Under the pieces are notes generated by a model. That model ran no database searches. It was not told the DNA's origin and saw nothing but the letters and a program-made list of their open reading frames with translations. DNA of 62,776 bases from an uncultured Methanosarcinales archaeon. GTDB taxonomy: Archaea > Nanobdellota > Nanobdellia > Woesearchaeales > GW2011-AR9. Below are positions 37,823 to 47,182 of the stretch, piece by piece. The position numbers were made by a program, and so were the translations under genes. The stretch covers positions 1-62,776 of the forward strand of contig CAYIZT010000001.1 in NCBI GenBank assembly GCA_964368095.1, written 5' to 3'. The first letter of the stretch is position 1. Each line of letters begins with the position of its first letter.

Positions 37823-39049
37823 ATGTCATTTACAAGTGTGATCAAATTCCTAGAAAAAATAGCCCCTTTAGCTAATCTTAGTGATAAGGAAATAAAATTA
37901 TTACAAACGCCTAATAATATTCTCAAAGCGGAATTAGCTGTAAATGGAAAAAATTATCCTGCCTATCGGGTGCAATTCAATAATGCTAGAGGGCCATACA
38001 AAGGAGGTATCCGTTATCATCCGGAAGTTTCTGAAGATGAAGTGACATCGCTGGCGTTCTGGATGACCATCAAGACCGCAGTCACCGATCTTCCTTTCGG
38101 CGGCGGAAAGGGCGGAGTCACCGTTAATCCTAAACAATTGAGCAAAAAGGAATTAGAGGAACTCAGTAGGGCGTATGTCCGTGCTTTTTACAAGTATCTT
38201 GGTCCGGACACCGACGTTCCTGCTCCGGACGTGTATACCACTCCCGAGATAATGGGATGGATGCTGGACGAATATCAAAAATTGACCGGTAAAAAAGCTC
38301 CCGCTTTTATCACCGGAAAACCATTGGAATTGGGCGGATCTAAAGTTAGGGATATCGCTACTGCGCTTGGCGGAGTTTACGTCTTAGAAGAGGCAGTAAA
38401 AAAAGTTGGTTTGAAAGAGAAGAAAGTTGCCATCCAAGGTTTTGGAAATGCCGGCATGAATATGGCAAAGTTGTTGGCCGAGCGAGGATATATCATCGTT
38501 GCCGTTTCCGATTCCAAAGGCGGAATTTACGACCAGAAAGGACTCGATATAGATGAGCTAATCAAAGTAAAAGAAACAAAAGGCGCAGTATCAGAATATG
38601 CAAAAGGAGTAAAAATCAGCAACCAAGAGCTCTTAGAATGCAATACTTCAATATTGGTCCCTTCTGCCTTAAGCGGAGTGATCACAGAAAAAAACGCCAA
38701 GAACATCAAAGCAAAAATTGTCTTAGAGCTGGCCAACGGCCCGACCACACCGGAAGCCGATGAGATTTTATCGACGAGAAAAGTGTTGGTCCTTCCGGAT
38801 ATCCTTGCCAATGCCGGCGGAGTCACGGTCTCTTACTTTGAATGGGTGCAAAACAAGAAAAACCAATCATGGAGCGAGCAGGATGTCAAGAAAAAGCTGC
38901 AGGAAAAGATGATTTCTGCCTTCCAGCAGATTTGGAAGGAATTCTCCGACGACAAAAAAAGTTTCCGGACTGCCGCGTATGTCCTAGCGTTGAAAAAAAT
39001 CGTTGCCGCAGAAAAAATAAAAAATTCAGATAAAGTTGAATTTAAGTAA
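37823..39049 (+). CDS. gdhA: Glutamate dehydrogenase
   Basis: GPYKGGIRYHP, LPFGGGKGG and the dinucleotide fold GFGNAG. The track ORF starts at a TTG at 37805; the first ATG is at 37823. Confidence 0.9.
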   Translation: MSFTSVIKFLEKIAPLANLSDKEIKLLQTPNNILKAELAVNGKNYPAYRVQFNNARGPYKGGIRYHPEVSEDEVTSLAFWMTIKTAVTDLPFGGGKGGVTVNPKQLSKKELEELSRAYVRAFYKYLGPDTDVPAPDVYTTPEIMGWMLDEYQKLTGKKAPAFITGKPLELGGSKVRDIATALGGVYVLEEAVKKVGLKEKKVAIQGFGNAGMNMAKLLAERGYIIVAVSDSKGGIYDQKGLDIDELIKVKETKGAVSEYAKGVKISNQELLECNTSILVPSALSGVITEKNAKNIKAKIVLELANGPTTPEADEILSTRKVLVLPDILANAGGVTVSYFEWVQNKKNQSWSEQDVKKKLQEKMISAFQQIWKEFSDDKKSFRTAAYVLALKKIVAAEKIKNSDKVEFK

Positions 39050-39273
39050 CATTTAAATAGGTAAAAGTATTTACTTCTTTCAACAATCATTAATTAAAGA
39101 GGTGTGATGATAGATGGCTAAGAAAAAAGCAGCAGCAAAGAAAAAACGAAGATAAACTTTTAATTTTTTTATTTTCTTTTTTCTTTCTTCTTTTTTAGGT
39201 TTTTTCCAAATTTTTCTAAAATTATAAATTTTATATAGAAAATAATAAAAAGGGGACCTTTATTTGTGATTTC

Positions 39274-40581
39274 ATGAAAAGAATCTTAATTAATCAGCTT
39301 CCGGAGCATCTGGATAAAGACGTTCTGCTCAAAGGATGGGTGCAGGACCTAAGGAACTTAAGCAAGATCAAATTTCTGATTCTTCGTGATAGAAGCGGGG
39401 ATATGCAGACCATTGCACTGAAAGGTAAGACGGAAGAGGATTCTTTTACTGCCATGGGCAGTATAACTAACGAATCGGTAGTAGAAATAGTAGGAACTCC
39501 CGCCAAAAACAAAGAATCTCGCTGGGGAATCGAAGTGCTGATCAAGAAAATAAAGGTTCTTTCTTCCTCCGCCACGCCGTTGCCGATCGATAACTCTGAT
39601 AAAGGGCTGACTCATATTGACAAGCGGATCGACCATCGCTTTTTAGATACCAGAAACTTGAAAAAGCAGGCTATCTTCAAAATAAGAGGTAAGATCACTA
39701 AAGTCCTGACTAATTTCTTTGATAATAATGGATTCACTAATATCAATACTCCCAAGATAACCACCATCGGGGTAGAATCGGGAGCGGAGTTGTTTATTGT
39801 TGATTATTTTGGGAAACCCGCATATCTGGCACAATCTCCTCAAATTTACAAGCAGATGTTCGTGGCCGGCGGTTTTGAACGGGTGTATGAGTTCGGACCG
39901 GTATTTAGAGCGGAAAAATCACATACTGCCCGGCATCTGACCGAATTCACCGGCGTAGACTTTGAGATGGGATTTATCGAAGATTATGATGATGTTATGG
40001 ATTTCATCGAAGAGATGTTTATCGATCTGATGAGCCAGCTGCCCAAAGAAGCGGCAGAAGAGCTGAAGCAATTAGGGGTAACACTGGAAACTCCTACCAA
40101 AATTCCCCGCATCACCATGGAAGAAGCTAAGAAAATGCTTGCTAAGAAAGGAAAGAAGTACAAAGACGATGAAGATCTTGATGCAGAAGGTGAACGTATG
40201 TTGGGCGAGCTGGTGAAAGAGAAATACGGGTGTGAATTTGTATTTTTGACTTTATTTCCTTCGGCGGTCAGGCCGTTTTATCATATGAAGCCAGAAGGCA
40301 GAGCAGATGTGACTAAATCATTTGATTTATTATTCAATGGAGTAGAGATATGTTCCGGCGCGCAACGGGAACATAGGTACGAAATTCTGAAAAAGCAAGC
40401 AAAAGCCAAAGGTATTGACTTAGATCAGATGGCCGAGTATGCAGAAATCTTCCAATACGGAGTCCCTCCGCATGGCGGAGCAGGATTTGGTTTGGATAGG
40501 ATCACCCAGAGACTTTTGAAGCTGGATAACGTCCGGGAAGCAGTATTGCTGCCCAGAGATCCGGAGAGGACTAGGCCTTGA
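39274..40581 (+). CDS. aspS: Aspartyl-tRNA synthetase (archaeal type)
   Basis: N-terminal OB fold (GWVQDLRNLSKIKFLILRDRSG). Class II motifs are FRAE (motif 2 region) and GGAGFGLDR (motif 3). Confidence 0.9.
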   Translation: MKRILINQLPEHLDKDVLLKGWVQDLRNLSKIKFLILRDRSGDMQTIALKGKTEEDSFTAMGSITNESVVEIVGTPAKNKESRWGIEVLIKKIKVLSSSATPLPIDNSDKGLTHIDKRIDHRFLDTRNLKKQAIFKIRGKITKVLTNFFDNNGFTNINTPKITTIGVESGAELFIVDYFGKPAYLAQSPQIYKQMFVAGGFERVYEFGPVFRAEKSHTARHLTEFTGVDFEMGFIEDYDDVMDFIEEMFIDLMSQLPKEAAEELKQLGVTLETPTKIPRITMEEAKKMLAKKGKKYKDDEDLDAEGERMLGELVKEKYGCEFVFLTLFPSAVRPFYHMKPEGRADVTKSFDLLFNGVEICSGAQREHRYEILKKQAKAKGIDLDQMAEYAEIFQYGVPPHGGAGFGLDRITQRLLKLDNVREAVLLPRDPERTRP

Positions 40582-40725
40582 GAAAATCTGCCAAAATAAT
40601 AAAAAATAGGCTTCTAATATTCTTACTTTAATATTCTTTAACTTCAATCCATTTCAAAGTCTTTAAAGCATTTATATATTACTTTTGTTTTCTATAACTA
40701 AGATAGCTAAATGGAGGTATAAACC

Positions 40726-41637
40726 ATGACTATTAGAGAACAATTTCAAAAGATAAAAGAGAACTGGCTTATTGTGCTGCTGTTGGCAGCAGTGTTAATA
40801 TTGTTTATGGGTTTGCCGGCAGTGGAAACTGTGCAACAGGATCTGCTTCAAGCCGGATTTGGGGAAAGAGCGTACGGCGGGATTGTCGCAGATTCCAAAG
40901 CGGGGATAGGTATGCCATCGCCGAGCTATTATGACCAAGGATTTGCTCCGGAAGAAAGCGCCCGAATGATAACAAAAACTGCTTCTCTTTCCGCAGAAGT
41001 AGAACGCGGAACATTTAAGGAAGCAGAAAGCAAGCTCAAAAGCATCATAAAGACTGCCGATGCATTGTTGTTGAACGAGAATGCACAAAAGTATGATTAT
41101 GGTGATGGGCGAAGATCATACTATTCAGGAACTTATACTGTTAAGGTAGAAGAAGGAAAGTACGAAGCTTTTGTCAGCCAATTGAAAGATATCGGCGAAG
41201 TAACTTCCTTTAGTGAAAGTGCAGACGACATTACCGAACAGGCTGTAAACTTGGAAAGCGAACTGGCTTCAGAAAAAGAAAGGTTAGCCCGCTATAAGCA
41301 GATGCTGTCCGAAGCTACTACCGTTGAAGACAAGATCCAGCTGAGCGACCGTATCTTCAACCAGGAAAGAACTATCAAGTTTCTGGAAGAACAGCTTAAG
41401 ACGACTGGAGAGCGAGTATCATACTCTACTGTCTATGTGACTGTAACTGAAAAGCAGTCTGAGTATGTGGATGCGGTGTTAGTCAAGTTTTCCGAACTGG
41501 TTACTAAGTTTTTGAACAGCCTGAACAATTTGCTAAAACTGATGGTAGGATTGATTCCATACGCAGTTGTGGCAGTCCTGGCCTGGCTGTGCTCGAAGAA
41601 CTTCGGCAGAAGTAAACAGCAGGATAAAAAAAAGTAA
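40726..41637 (+). CDS. DUF4349-like membrane-anchored protein
   Basis: N-terminal TM, a central coiled coil (LESELASEKERLARYKQML) and a C-terminal TM. This layout is typical of DUF4349. Confidence 0.55.
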   Translation: MTIREQFQKIKENWLIVLLLAAVLILFMGLPAVETVQQDLLQAGFGERAYGGIVADSKAGIGMPSPSYYDQGFAPEESARMITKTASLSAEVERGTFKEAESKLKSIIKTADALLLNENAQKYDYGDGRRSYYSGTYTVKVEEGKYEAFVSQLKDIGEVTSFSESADDITEQAVNLESELASEKERLARYKQMLSEATTVEDKIQLSDRIFNQERTIKFLEEQLKTTGERVSYSTVYVTVTEKQSEYVDAVLVKFSELVTKFLNSLNNLLKLMVGLIPYAVVAVLAWLCSKNFGRSKQQDKKK

Positions 41638-41755
41638 ATTTTTTATTTTTTATTTTTATTGATTTTTTAGTAACTATTTATTTTCTTAGCAGAAATTCAG
41701 CGCGAGAAATGTTATTTCACAGAGACCATGTTTTTATGTTGTAAATTGGTAGGTA

Positions 41756-42430
41756 TTAGCATTTCCGACGTACCCCACGGACGCGGTTGAGATTATTGAA
41801 ATCACGATCACTGGCGTCGAAACTGGAATAGTTATAGAAATTGTAAAGCCAAGAGGCCCGCGCAACTGTACCTTCTTCTGCATGTTGTCTAACATAATCT
41901 GGATTCAAAACATAAATTTTAGTTTCACCAATCTTAGCCTCTTTGAGCATTTTCATATTTTGAGCAAAGTCATCTCCTTGGCCGTACACACGTTCAGCAA
42001 GCTTTCGCTCTTCATCGTTAAGTTTGCCATACTTTGCAGGAGTTGTGTTTATTGCTAAATATCTCCATTCTGCTTCGTTTCCGCGCAAACGTAAATTAGG
42101 CAAAGCTATAAGCACAGTCTCAGGTGCGACAAGAGCTTGCTGAATATCGGTTTGACTAGGGTGGTAATTTTGCTTCTTAGCCAATTGTTCAAACGCATCA
42201 TCAATATTTTGCAAAATAGGATTGTGAGCTTCTCGAGTTATTGCCAGAGCAGGAGTTTTAAGAGCGCCATCAAGCAAATATACTTCACCATCAGCAGTAT
42301 AGAACCACTGATTACATAAATCGGCATTACTTCTACGTTCGTTCATCAATTGATCAACGTGCAGCATAGTGCCTGGCTGAAGTTGCTTGTATCCTTCTTT
42401 TAGATGTCCAACAACGTTTTCTAATGTCAT
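41756..42430 (-). CDS. Paralogue of the DGR target protein, with a VR-like C-terminus
   Basis: The C-terminus ARASWLYNFYNYSSFDASDRDFNNLNRVRGVRRKC* parallels ERAVLLYRLNYSSRAYGSYHLGNNTRFVGVRRGS in 58876..59643. Upstream blocks also align (KIYVLNPDYV with MGIFVPEDEV). Confidence 0.55.
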   Translation of the reverse strand: MTLENVVGHLKEGYKQLQPGTMLHVDQLMNERRSNADLCNQWFYTADGEVYLLDGALKTPALAITREAHNPILQNIDDAFEQLAKKQNYHPSQTDIQQALVAPETVLIALPNLRLRGNEAEWRYLAINTTPAKYGKLNDEERKLAERVYGQGDDFAQNMKMLKEAKIGETKIYVLNPDYVRQHAEEGTVARASWLYNFYNYSSFDASDRDFNNLNRVRGVRRKC

Positions 42431-42495
42431 GTAAATAGGCCTAGAATAAGCTTATTTTATCTGTTATTTTTAAAACTTAGCTCGGCGATGGAGAA

Positions 42496-43092
42496 TTATC
42501 TCTTTACTTTCTCTCTTATCAATTCTACTACCACATAAATTACCAAAGCGACGATACTTCCTACCAAGAACCATAAGGCGATATCTGGCTGTGATTGGAC
42601 TGCAGGAGTTATAGGAACAGCTGTCTTAAACGCTGCCTCCTGGGCCAAAGAAGCTGAATCAGCAACTAAAGATTCTACGGTCTGAACTTGAGGGACTTTA
42701 GAACTTGTTTGGATCAGTTTTATAACTGCACTGATGCTTAAAGCAGCTAACGCAGCAGGCAAGATACCTTTCAACTTCTCCTTTAACCCGGAAACAGCTT
42801 TAGGCGCGATGATAATGTACTTGTTCGCTAATTTGTAATGCAGAACTTCCCGCCCTTTCTGGCTGTAATGGAATTCTTCTGCAGTGATAAGGCTAGCTTC
42901 ATGTAGTTTTTGTAAGTGGTAGTGGACAGTAGAGATGGGCAGGTTGAGCAATTTAGCGATATTTGTTTCAGTATCTTCCTTTTCAGCTAACTGGTTAAGA
43001 ATTTTCCTGCTGGTTTCACTAGTGATGGTTTCTGCCAGTTTCTTAGTCTTTGGCTCATTTAGATCGACTAAAAGGAAATTTGATTTTGCCAT
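42496..43092 (-). CDS. ArsR-type winged-helix regulator with a C-terminal membrane anchor
   Basis: SRKILNQLAEKEDTETNIAKLLNLPISTVHYHLQKL is an HTH, and a C-terminal TM (LWFLVGSIVALVIYVVV) is present. Confidence 0.6.
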   Translation of the reverse strand: MAKSNFLLVDLNEPKTKKLAETITSETSRKILNQLAEKEDTETNIAKLLNLPISTVHYHLQKLHEASLITAEEFHYSQKGREVLHYKLANKYIIIAPKAVSGLKEKLKGILPAALAALSISAVIKLIQTSSKVPQVQTVESLVADSASLAQEAAFKTAVPITPAVQSQPDIALWFLVGSIVALVIYVVVELIREKVKR

Positions 43093-43186
43093 GGCTGACT
43101 GATCTTGAATTTACTTTAAATATATTTTGATGAGTTTAAATGAAGTTGAAGTTACCTTTAAATAGATTATTTTCTTTCTGGCTGCA

Positions 43187-44032
43187 GTGGGAGAACGCGC
43201 CTTCACCAAAGAAGAAGAAGAGAGGATCATTATTCCGATAGCTGGGAGATTGCAGCAGATCTGTGCTAAAGGCACAAAAGGCACGATCATCGTGGGCATC
43301 CAAGGCGGCCAGGGAACTGGTAAGACTACCCTCGCAACATTTCTTGAAAAACAGCTGAAGAAGAAAGGTTTTCTGGTGCAGTCTTTTTCCATAGATGATT
43401 TCTACAAGAGCTGGAAGGAAAGAAAGGAATTGCAACAGAAATATCCTTCCAATCCCTTTTATCAGATTTCACGCGGTTTGCCGGGAACACATCGCGTAAA
43501 GTTATTATTTGAGACCTTGAAAAAAGCGAAAGCCGGAAAGGATTTTGAAATCCCTATTTTTGACAAATCGCTGCATGATGGAAAAGGAGATGTCCTCAAG
43601 AGAACAAGAACAGTAAAGGGAAGGCAGAATTTTGTGATATTGGAAGGATGGTGTGTAGGCATACCTGAAGTATCTTCCCAAAGATTTTTGGAGATCTCTA
43701 AGAAAAACAACTTAGGCATAGGAAAACTTGATCCGCAAAGACGGCATCATAAAGTAGTCCTGGCTTTCATCAAAGAATATCAGCCGATATGGAAGTTATT
43801 AGACTATCAGATCATGCTGAAAGCAGATTCTTCTGAAGTTCATAAGAGATGGAGATCATTGCAGGAAAAGAAATTGAAAGAAGATAAAGGCCAAGGTATG
43901 AGCAGACAGGAAGTACATGCTTTTGTGGAGCCATTCCTACCCTTTACCTATGTCTGTTATGATCTGCTTAGGCCTGATGCCAAAGTATTGATTGATGAGA
44001 AACATAATTTTTATAGGATAGATTTTAGTTAA
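43187..44032 (+). CDS. P-loop kinase (glycerate 3-kinase/uridine kinase-like)
   Basis: GIQGGQGTGKTT Walker A followed by SIDDFY. GTG start. Confidence 0.5.
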   Translation: MGERAFTKEEEERIIIPIAGRLQQICAKGTKGTIIVGIQGGQGTGKTTLATFLEKQLKKKGFLVQSFSIDDFYKSWKERKELQQKYPSNPFYQISRGLPGTHRVKLLFETLKKAKAGKDFEIPIFDKSLHDGKGDVLKRTRTVKGRQNFVILEGWCVGIPEVSSQRFLEISKKNNLGIGKLDPQRRHHKVVLAFIKEYQPIWKLLDYQIMLKADSSEVHKRWRSLQEKKLKEDKGQGMSRQEVHAFVEPFLPFTYVCYDLLRPDAKVLIDEKHNFYRIDFS

Positions 44033-44165
44033 CTTTTAAGAAATATAGTTTAAAACTCTTACTTTCAACCACCTTCATCTTTAAAAACAAGTGCTTTTCT
44101 TACTTTAAAGTACTAATAAACCTATTTAAACAAATAATACTCATAAGAGATAAGAAGAGGTAGAG

Positions 44166-44303
44166 ATGATGACGGAAGAATTAAGGCCAACTCCAGTACT
44201 TAAAGGTAGAGCTGCTAAGGTTTTTTATCGGGAGATAAATAATAAAACTTTGTCATCAGAGCAAGAGAAATTCCTAGACGAATGCGTTGCTCTTTTAGAC
44301 TAA
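44166..44303 (+). CDS. Small protein (45 aa, not in the ORF track), candidate antitoxin
   Basis: ATG preceded by AAGAGGT. Translation is MMTEELRPTPVLKGRAAKVFYREINNKTLSSEQEKFLDECVALLD. It ends 11 nt before the GNAT gene. Confidence 0.4.
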   Translation: MMTEELRPTPVLKGRAAKVFYREINNKTLSSEQEKFLDECVALLD

Positions 44304-44314
44304 AATGAAGCCTA

Positions 44315-44863
44315 ATGACCTCTTTATCTTATGCAAAGTTAGATAGTTCTTCTAATGTTGAGTCATTTAGTTGTGGCAATGAAGAGCATCATTTTAAATT
44401 AAATCGTTTTCTTAAAGAGAAAGCACTAAATCATCACAGTGACTTTATTGGAACAACTTTATTAGCCTCAAAAGATGAAATAACAGTAGGATATATTACG
44501 CTATTGACCGATAGCATAATTGTCAGAAAGGAAGAAAAGGAATTGAGAGAGAATTTTTTTTCTAAAGTTTTTCTAAGGAATAAGTACGAAACGTTTCCTT
44601 CTCTTAAAATAGGAAGGATCGCTGTCCATGAGGATTATCAACATCAAGGAAAGAGCAATGGCTTAAAAGTTGGGACATATTTGTTTAAACTATCCGTAGC
44701 AATTGCAACAAAATCTAATGATTTTATGGGAGTTAGATTTCTTACAGTAGACGCAAAGGATAATGCAAGAGATTGGTATATTAATAAGTTAAATTTTCGA
44801 GTTTTAGATCAAACAAAACCTAATTTTCTTTTTTATGATCTTTTAGGCTGGAAAAATGAGTGA
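44315..44863 (+). CDS. GNAT acetyltransferase of the TacT/AtaT toxin-like type
   Basis: The FSCGNEEHHFKLNRFLKEKA N-terminal pattern, VGYITLLTDSI, and RIAVHEDYQHQG in the acetyl-CoA region. Confidence 0.55.
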   Translation: MTSLSYAKLDSSSNVESFSCGNEEHHFKLNRFLKEKALNHHSDFIGTTLLASKDEITVGYITLLTDSIIVRKEEKELRENFFSKVFLRNKYETFPSLKIGRIAVHEDYQHQGKSNGLKVGTYLFKLSVAIATKSNDFMGVRFLTVDAKDNARDWYINKLNFRVLDQTKPNFLFYDLLGWKNE

Positions 44864-45371
44864 AACAACTAAGACTGACCTATTTGAAATTTACTTCTCT
44901 AAAGATAAAAAGGGTAAGGACAATAAATTTAGAACTGAGGAGAAGAAGAATATATTGGAAGCAGTAAGAAAAATAGAACAAACTTTGCTAAATGTAAGTT
45001 CTTTTAGTAGAACAGCTGCTATAAATGAAATCTATCGAATTCCAGTTATTTTTGAGAAAGTTAGTAAAGAAACATTTCTTGCTAAACACACGAACCATCA
45101 AGCGATGACAAGTTATCCACCTATTGGAAGTATCTGGAATAAAACCATCCTTTACAAAGGAATTGAAGTTAAATCAAAAACGGCAGTTATTTCATTATGT
45201 CCAATAAAAACAGAAGAAATAGGAGAGACCGTTATTCATGAGCTAATTCATGCATACTCAAACTCTTTTTTAGATGATGATGGAGTTAATCATAATAACA
45301 AAACATACTTTTTAGAGGTTATAGCAGAGTTTTTTACTAAAATTGCTTCTCGAGAAAGGAAAATTTCTTGA
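44856..45371 (+). CDS. HExxH zinc-metallopeptidase-like protein
   Basis: 171 aa with VIHELIHAY. Overlaps the GNAT gene by 8 nt. Confidence 0.5.
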   Translation: MSETTKTDLFEIYFSKDKKGKDNKFRTEEKKNILEAVRKIEQTLLNVSSFSRTAAINEIYRIPVIFEKVSKETFLAKHTNHQAMTSYPPIGSIWNKTILYKGIEVKSKTAVISLCPIKTEEIGETVIHELIHAYSNSFLDDDGVNHNNKTYFLEVIAEFFTKIASRERKIS

Positions 45372-45420
45372 CCCTAGTTTTCCAAAAACCATTTAAACCC
45401 CAATTCCCTCCTTTCCCTAT

Positions 45421-45798
45421 ATGGGCATCTTAAATAAATTACTCTTCTGGCGCAGGGACGATGAGCTGGACTTTGATAAATTAGCAGATCAACAGCTCAA
45501 GACCGGCATCAAAGATGATCCTTTCAGCATGAATCAGGATATTGAAGAGCGAAGCCCTTTCCCTGAAGAGCCAGTCAGGCCGACAACAGCAAGAGGTTCA
45601 CCATACAGGCAGACCACTTTCCAGCCCTCGGCACCAGCGACTTTTACTCAACCTGCTGAAAACATACAAAAAGACCTGGAATTGATCAGCAGCAAGTTAG
45701 ATACGATCAAAGCGATGTTAAGTTCTTTGGATCAGCGGACGGCAAATCTGGAACGGGCAGCCGGCGTGCAGCAGCAGCGGCGCGAGCGATTATGGTGA
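45421..45798 (+). CDS. Hypothetical protein with an N-terminal amphipathic MGILNKLLFWRR and a C-terminal coiled coil
   Basis: 125-aa ORF that overlaps the lspA start. Confidence 0.4.
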   Translation: MGILNKLLFWRRDDELDFDKLADQQLKTGIKDDPFSMNQDIEERSPFPEEPVRPTTARGSPYRQTTFQPSAPATFTQPAENIQKDLELISSKLDTIKAMLSSLDQRTANLERAAGVQQQRRERLW

Positions 45799-46232
45799 AT
45801 CTAAAAAAAAAATATCTTAACCTCTTTATCGCTGTCGTATTAACCACTATTGTTCTTGACCAGCTTACTAAATATTTTACCGTAGCGATAAAGCCGGAAT
45901 GGAATCTCAGTTTCCTTTCAATTCATTTTGTGCAGAATACCGGCGCAGGATTCGGTATACTGAAAGGGCAGATGGTCATATTAGCGATAATTTCTGCCGT
46001 GGTGGTCATGGGGATCATCTATTATTACAACAAGATACCAACAGAAAAATGGGCGCAGATTTTGTTTGGGTTATTTTTAGGCGGAGTGGTGGGAAATTTA
46101 ATAGACCGGATCTTAAGACAGTACGTGGTTGATTTTATCGATGTAGGTTTCTGGCCGGTGTTTAATATTGCCGATGCAGCTATCTCGGTGTCGGTAGTTG
46201 GATTGGTATTGTATTTTTGGAAGGAGAAATAG
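45792..46232 (+). CDS. lspA: Signal peptidase II (lipoprotein signal peptidase)
   Basis: DQLTK, NTGAGFG, GNLIDR and FNIADAAI, in the canonical LspA order with both catalytic Asp contexts. Confidence 0.85.
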   Translation: MVNLKKKYLNLFIAVVLTTIVLDQLTKYFTVAIKPEWNLSFLSIHFVQNTGAGFGILKGQMVILAIISAVVVMGIIYYYNKIPTEKWAQILFGLFLGGVVGNLIDRILRQYVVDFIDVGFWPVFNIADAAISVSVVGLVLYFWKEK

Positions 46233-46278
46233 ATTACAAGGATAGATTTTATAAAAATAGTCTTCTCTTGATAGAAAT

Positions 46279-47181
46279 ATGAACAAACCTAGTGAAAAAC
46301 ACCATTATCTTTCTCAAAAATATCTTCAGGGATTCGTAAATAAAGAAGGAAAGTTTTTTTGTTATGACAAGCAGGATGATAAGTTTTTCGAGAGTACGCC
46401 TAAAACTACTTTTTTTCAAAAAAAACTTAATACTATTACATTTAAGGATGGACATAGCTCAGATTTTATGGAAGGTATGTATGCTTATATTGAAAACATA
46501 TCATGGCCTGCATTCGATAATATAAGAGCATCTTCCAGTACCACTATCATTGCCATCTCAGATAAACTGGATCTTTCTCTTTTTTTATTTTTTTTACATT
46601 GGAGACTTCCAACTAATATCAGTATTGTAGAGAATCTTTCAAATACTGTCTTTGAAGATAAAGAAATTAACTTTTTTTCACTAGTTCAAAAAAATGGTCA
46701 AAAAGTATCAAAAGAGGTCTTAGATATAATAAAAAATGACCCCGCCTTCAAAAAATCATTAAAATTATTATTACCATTTGCGCCATTCCACAAAAAAGAT
46801 AAAGATTGGCAAAATGACATACTAAGGTGGCGCTTTCTCTATCCAGCTGATAATAAGAATTGGTATATAGTTGGCGATAATCCGATCATTACAGATGGTA
46901 CCAATGACCAAAACCCAGCAAAATGTTTAAAGGAATTTGTTTTCCCTATTTCTGGTAAGATATTACTTGTTAATACAAATCCTCCGCCTAACCAAGTATT
47001 TCCGCCCGAACTAATAATCCAATACAATCTTGCTCTTATTCATCGGGCTAATAGATTTGTTGCTAGCTCAGATAAAAATTTACTGGAGACTTCGGTTAAA
47101 CTCTATAAATTTTACAAGGAATATGGCAAAACGGAAGAAATAATACCAAGATTCTTTGAAGGAATCAAATTGAAAAAATAA
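46279..47181 (+). CDS. DUF4238-like protein
   Basis: N-terminal HHYLSQKYLQGF (the family pattern is HyvPqfyLk.F); 300 aa. Confidence 0.5.
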   Translation: MNKPSEKHHYLSQKYLQGFVNKEGKFFCYDKQDDKFFESTPKTTFFQKKLNTITFKDGHSSDFMEGMYAYIENISWPAFDNIRASSSTTIIAISDKLDLSLFLFFLHWRLPTNISIVENLSNTVFEDKEINFFSLVQKNGQKVSKEVLDIIKNDPAFKKSLKLLLPFAPFHKKDKDWQNDILRWRFLYPADNKNWYIVGDNPIITDGTNDQNPAKCLKEFVFPISGKILLVNTNPPPNQVFPPELIIQYNLALIHRANRFVASSDKNLLETSVKLYKFYKEYGKTEEIIPRFFEGIKLKK

Positions 47182-47182
47182 T

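Noticed and set aside
41756-41860. Possible second VR served by the TR at 59843-59929
   Set aside because: The nucleotide sequences differ at many non-adenine positions and use different codons. Only protein-level family resemblance remains, so I report it as a paralogue rather than a cognate VR.
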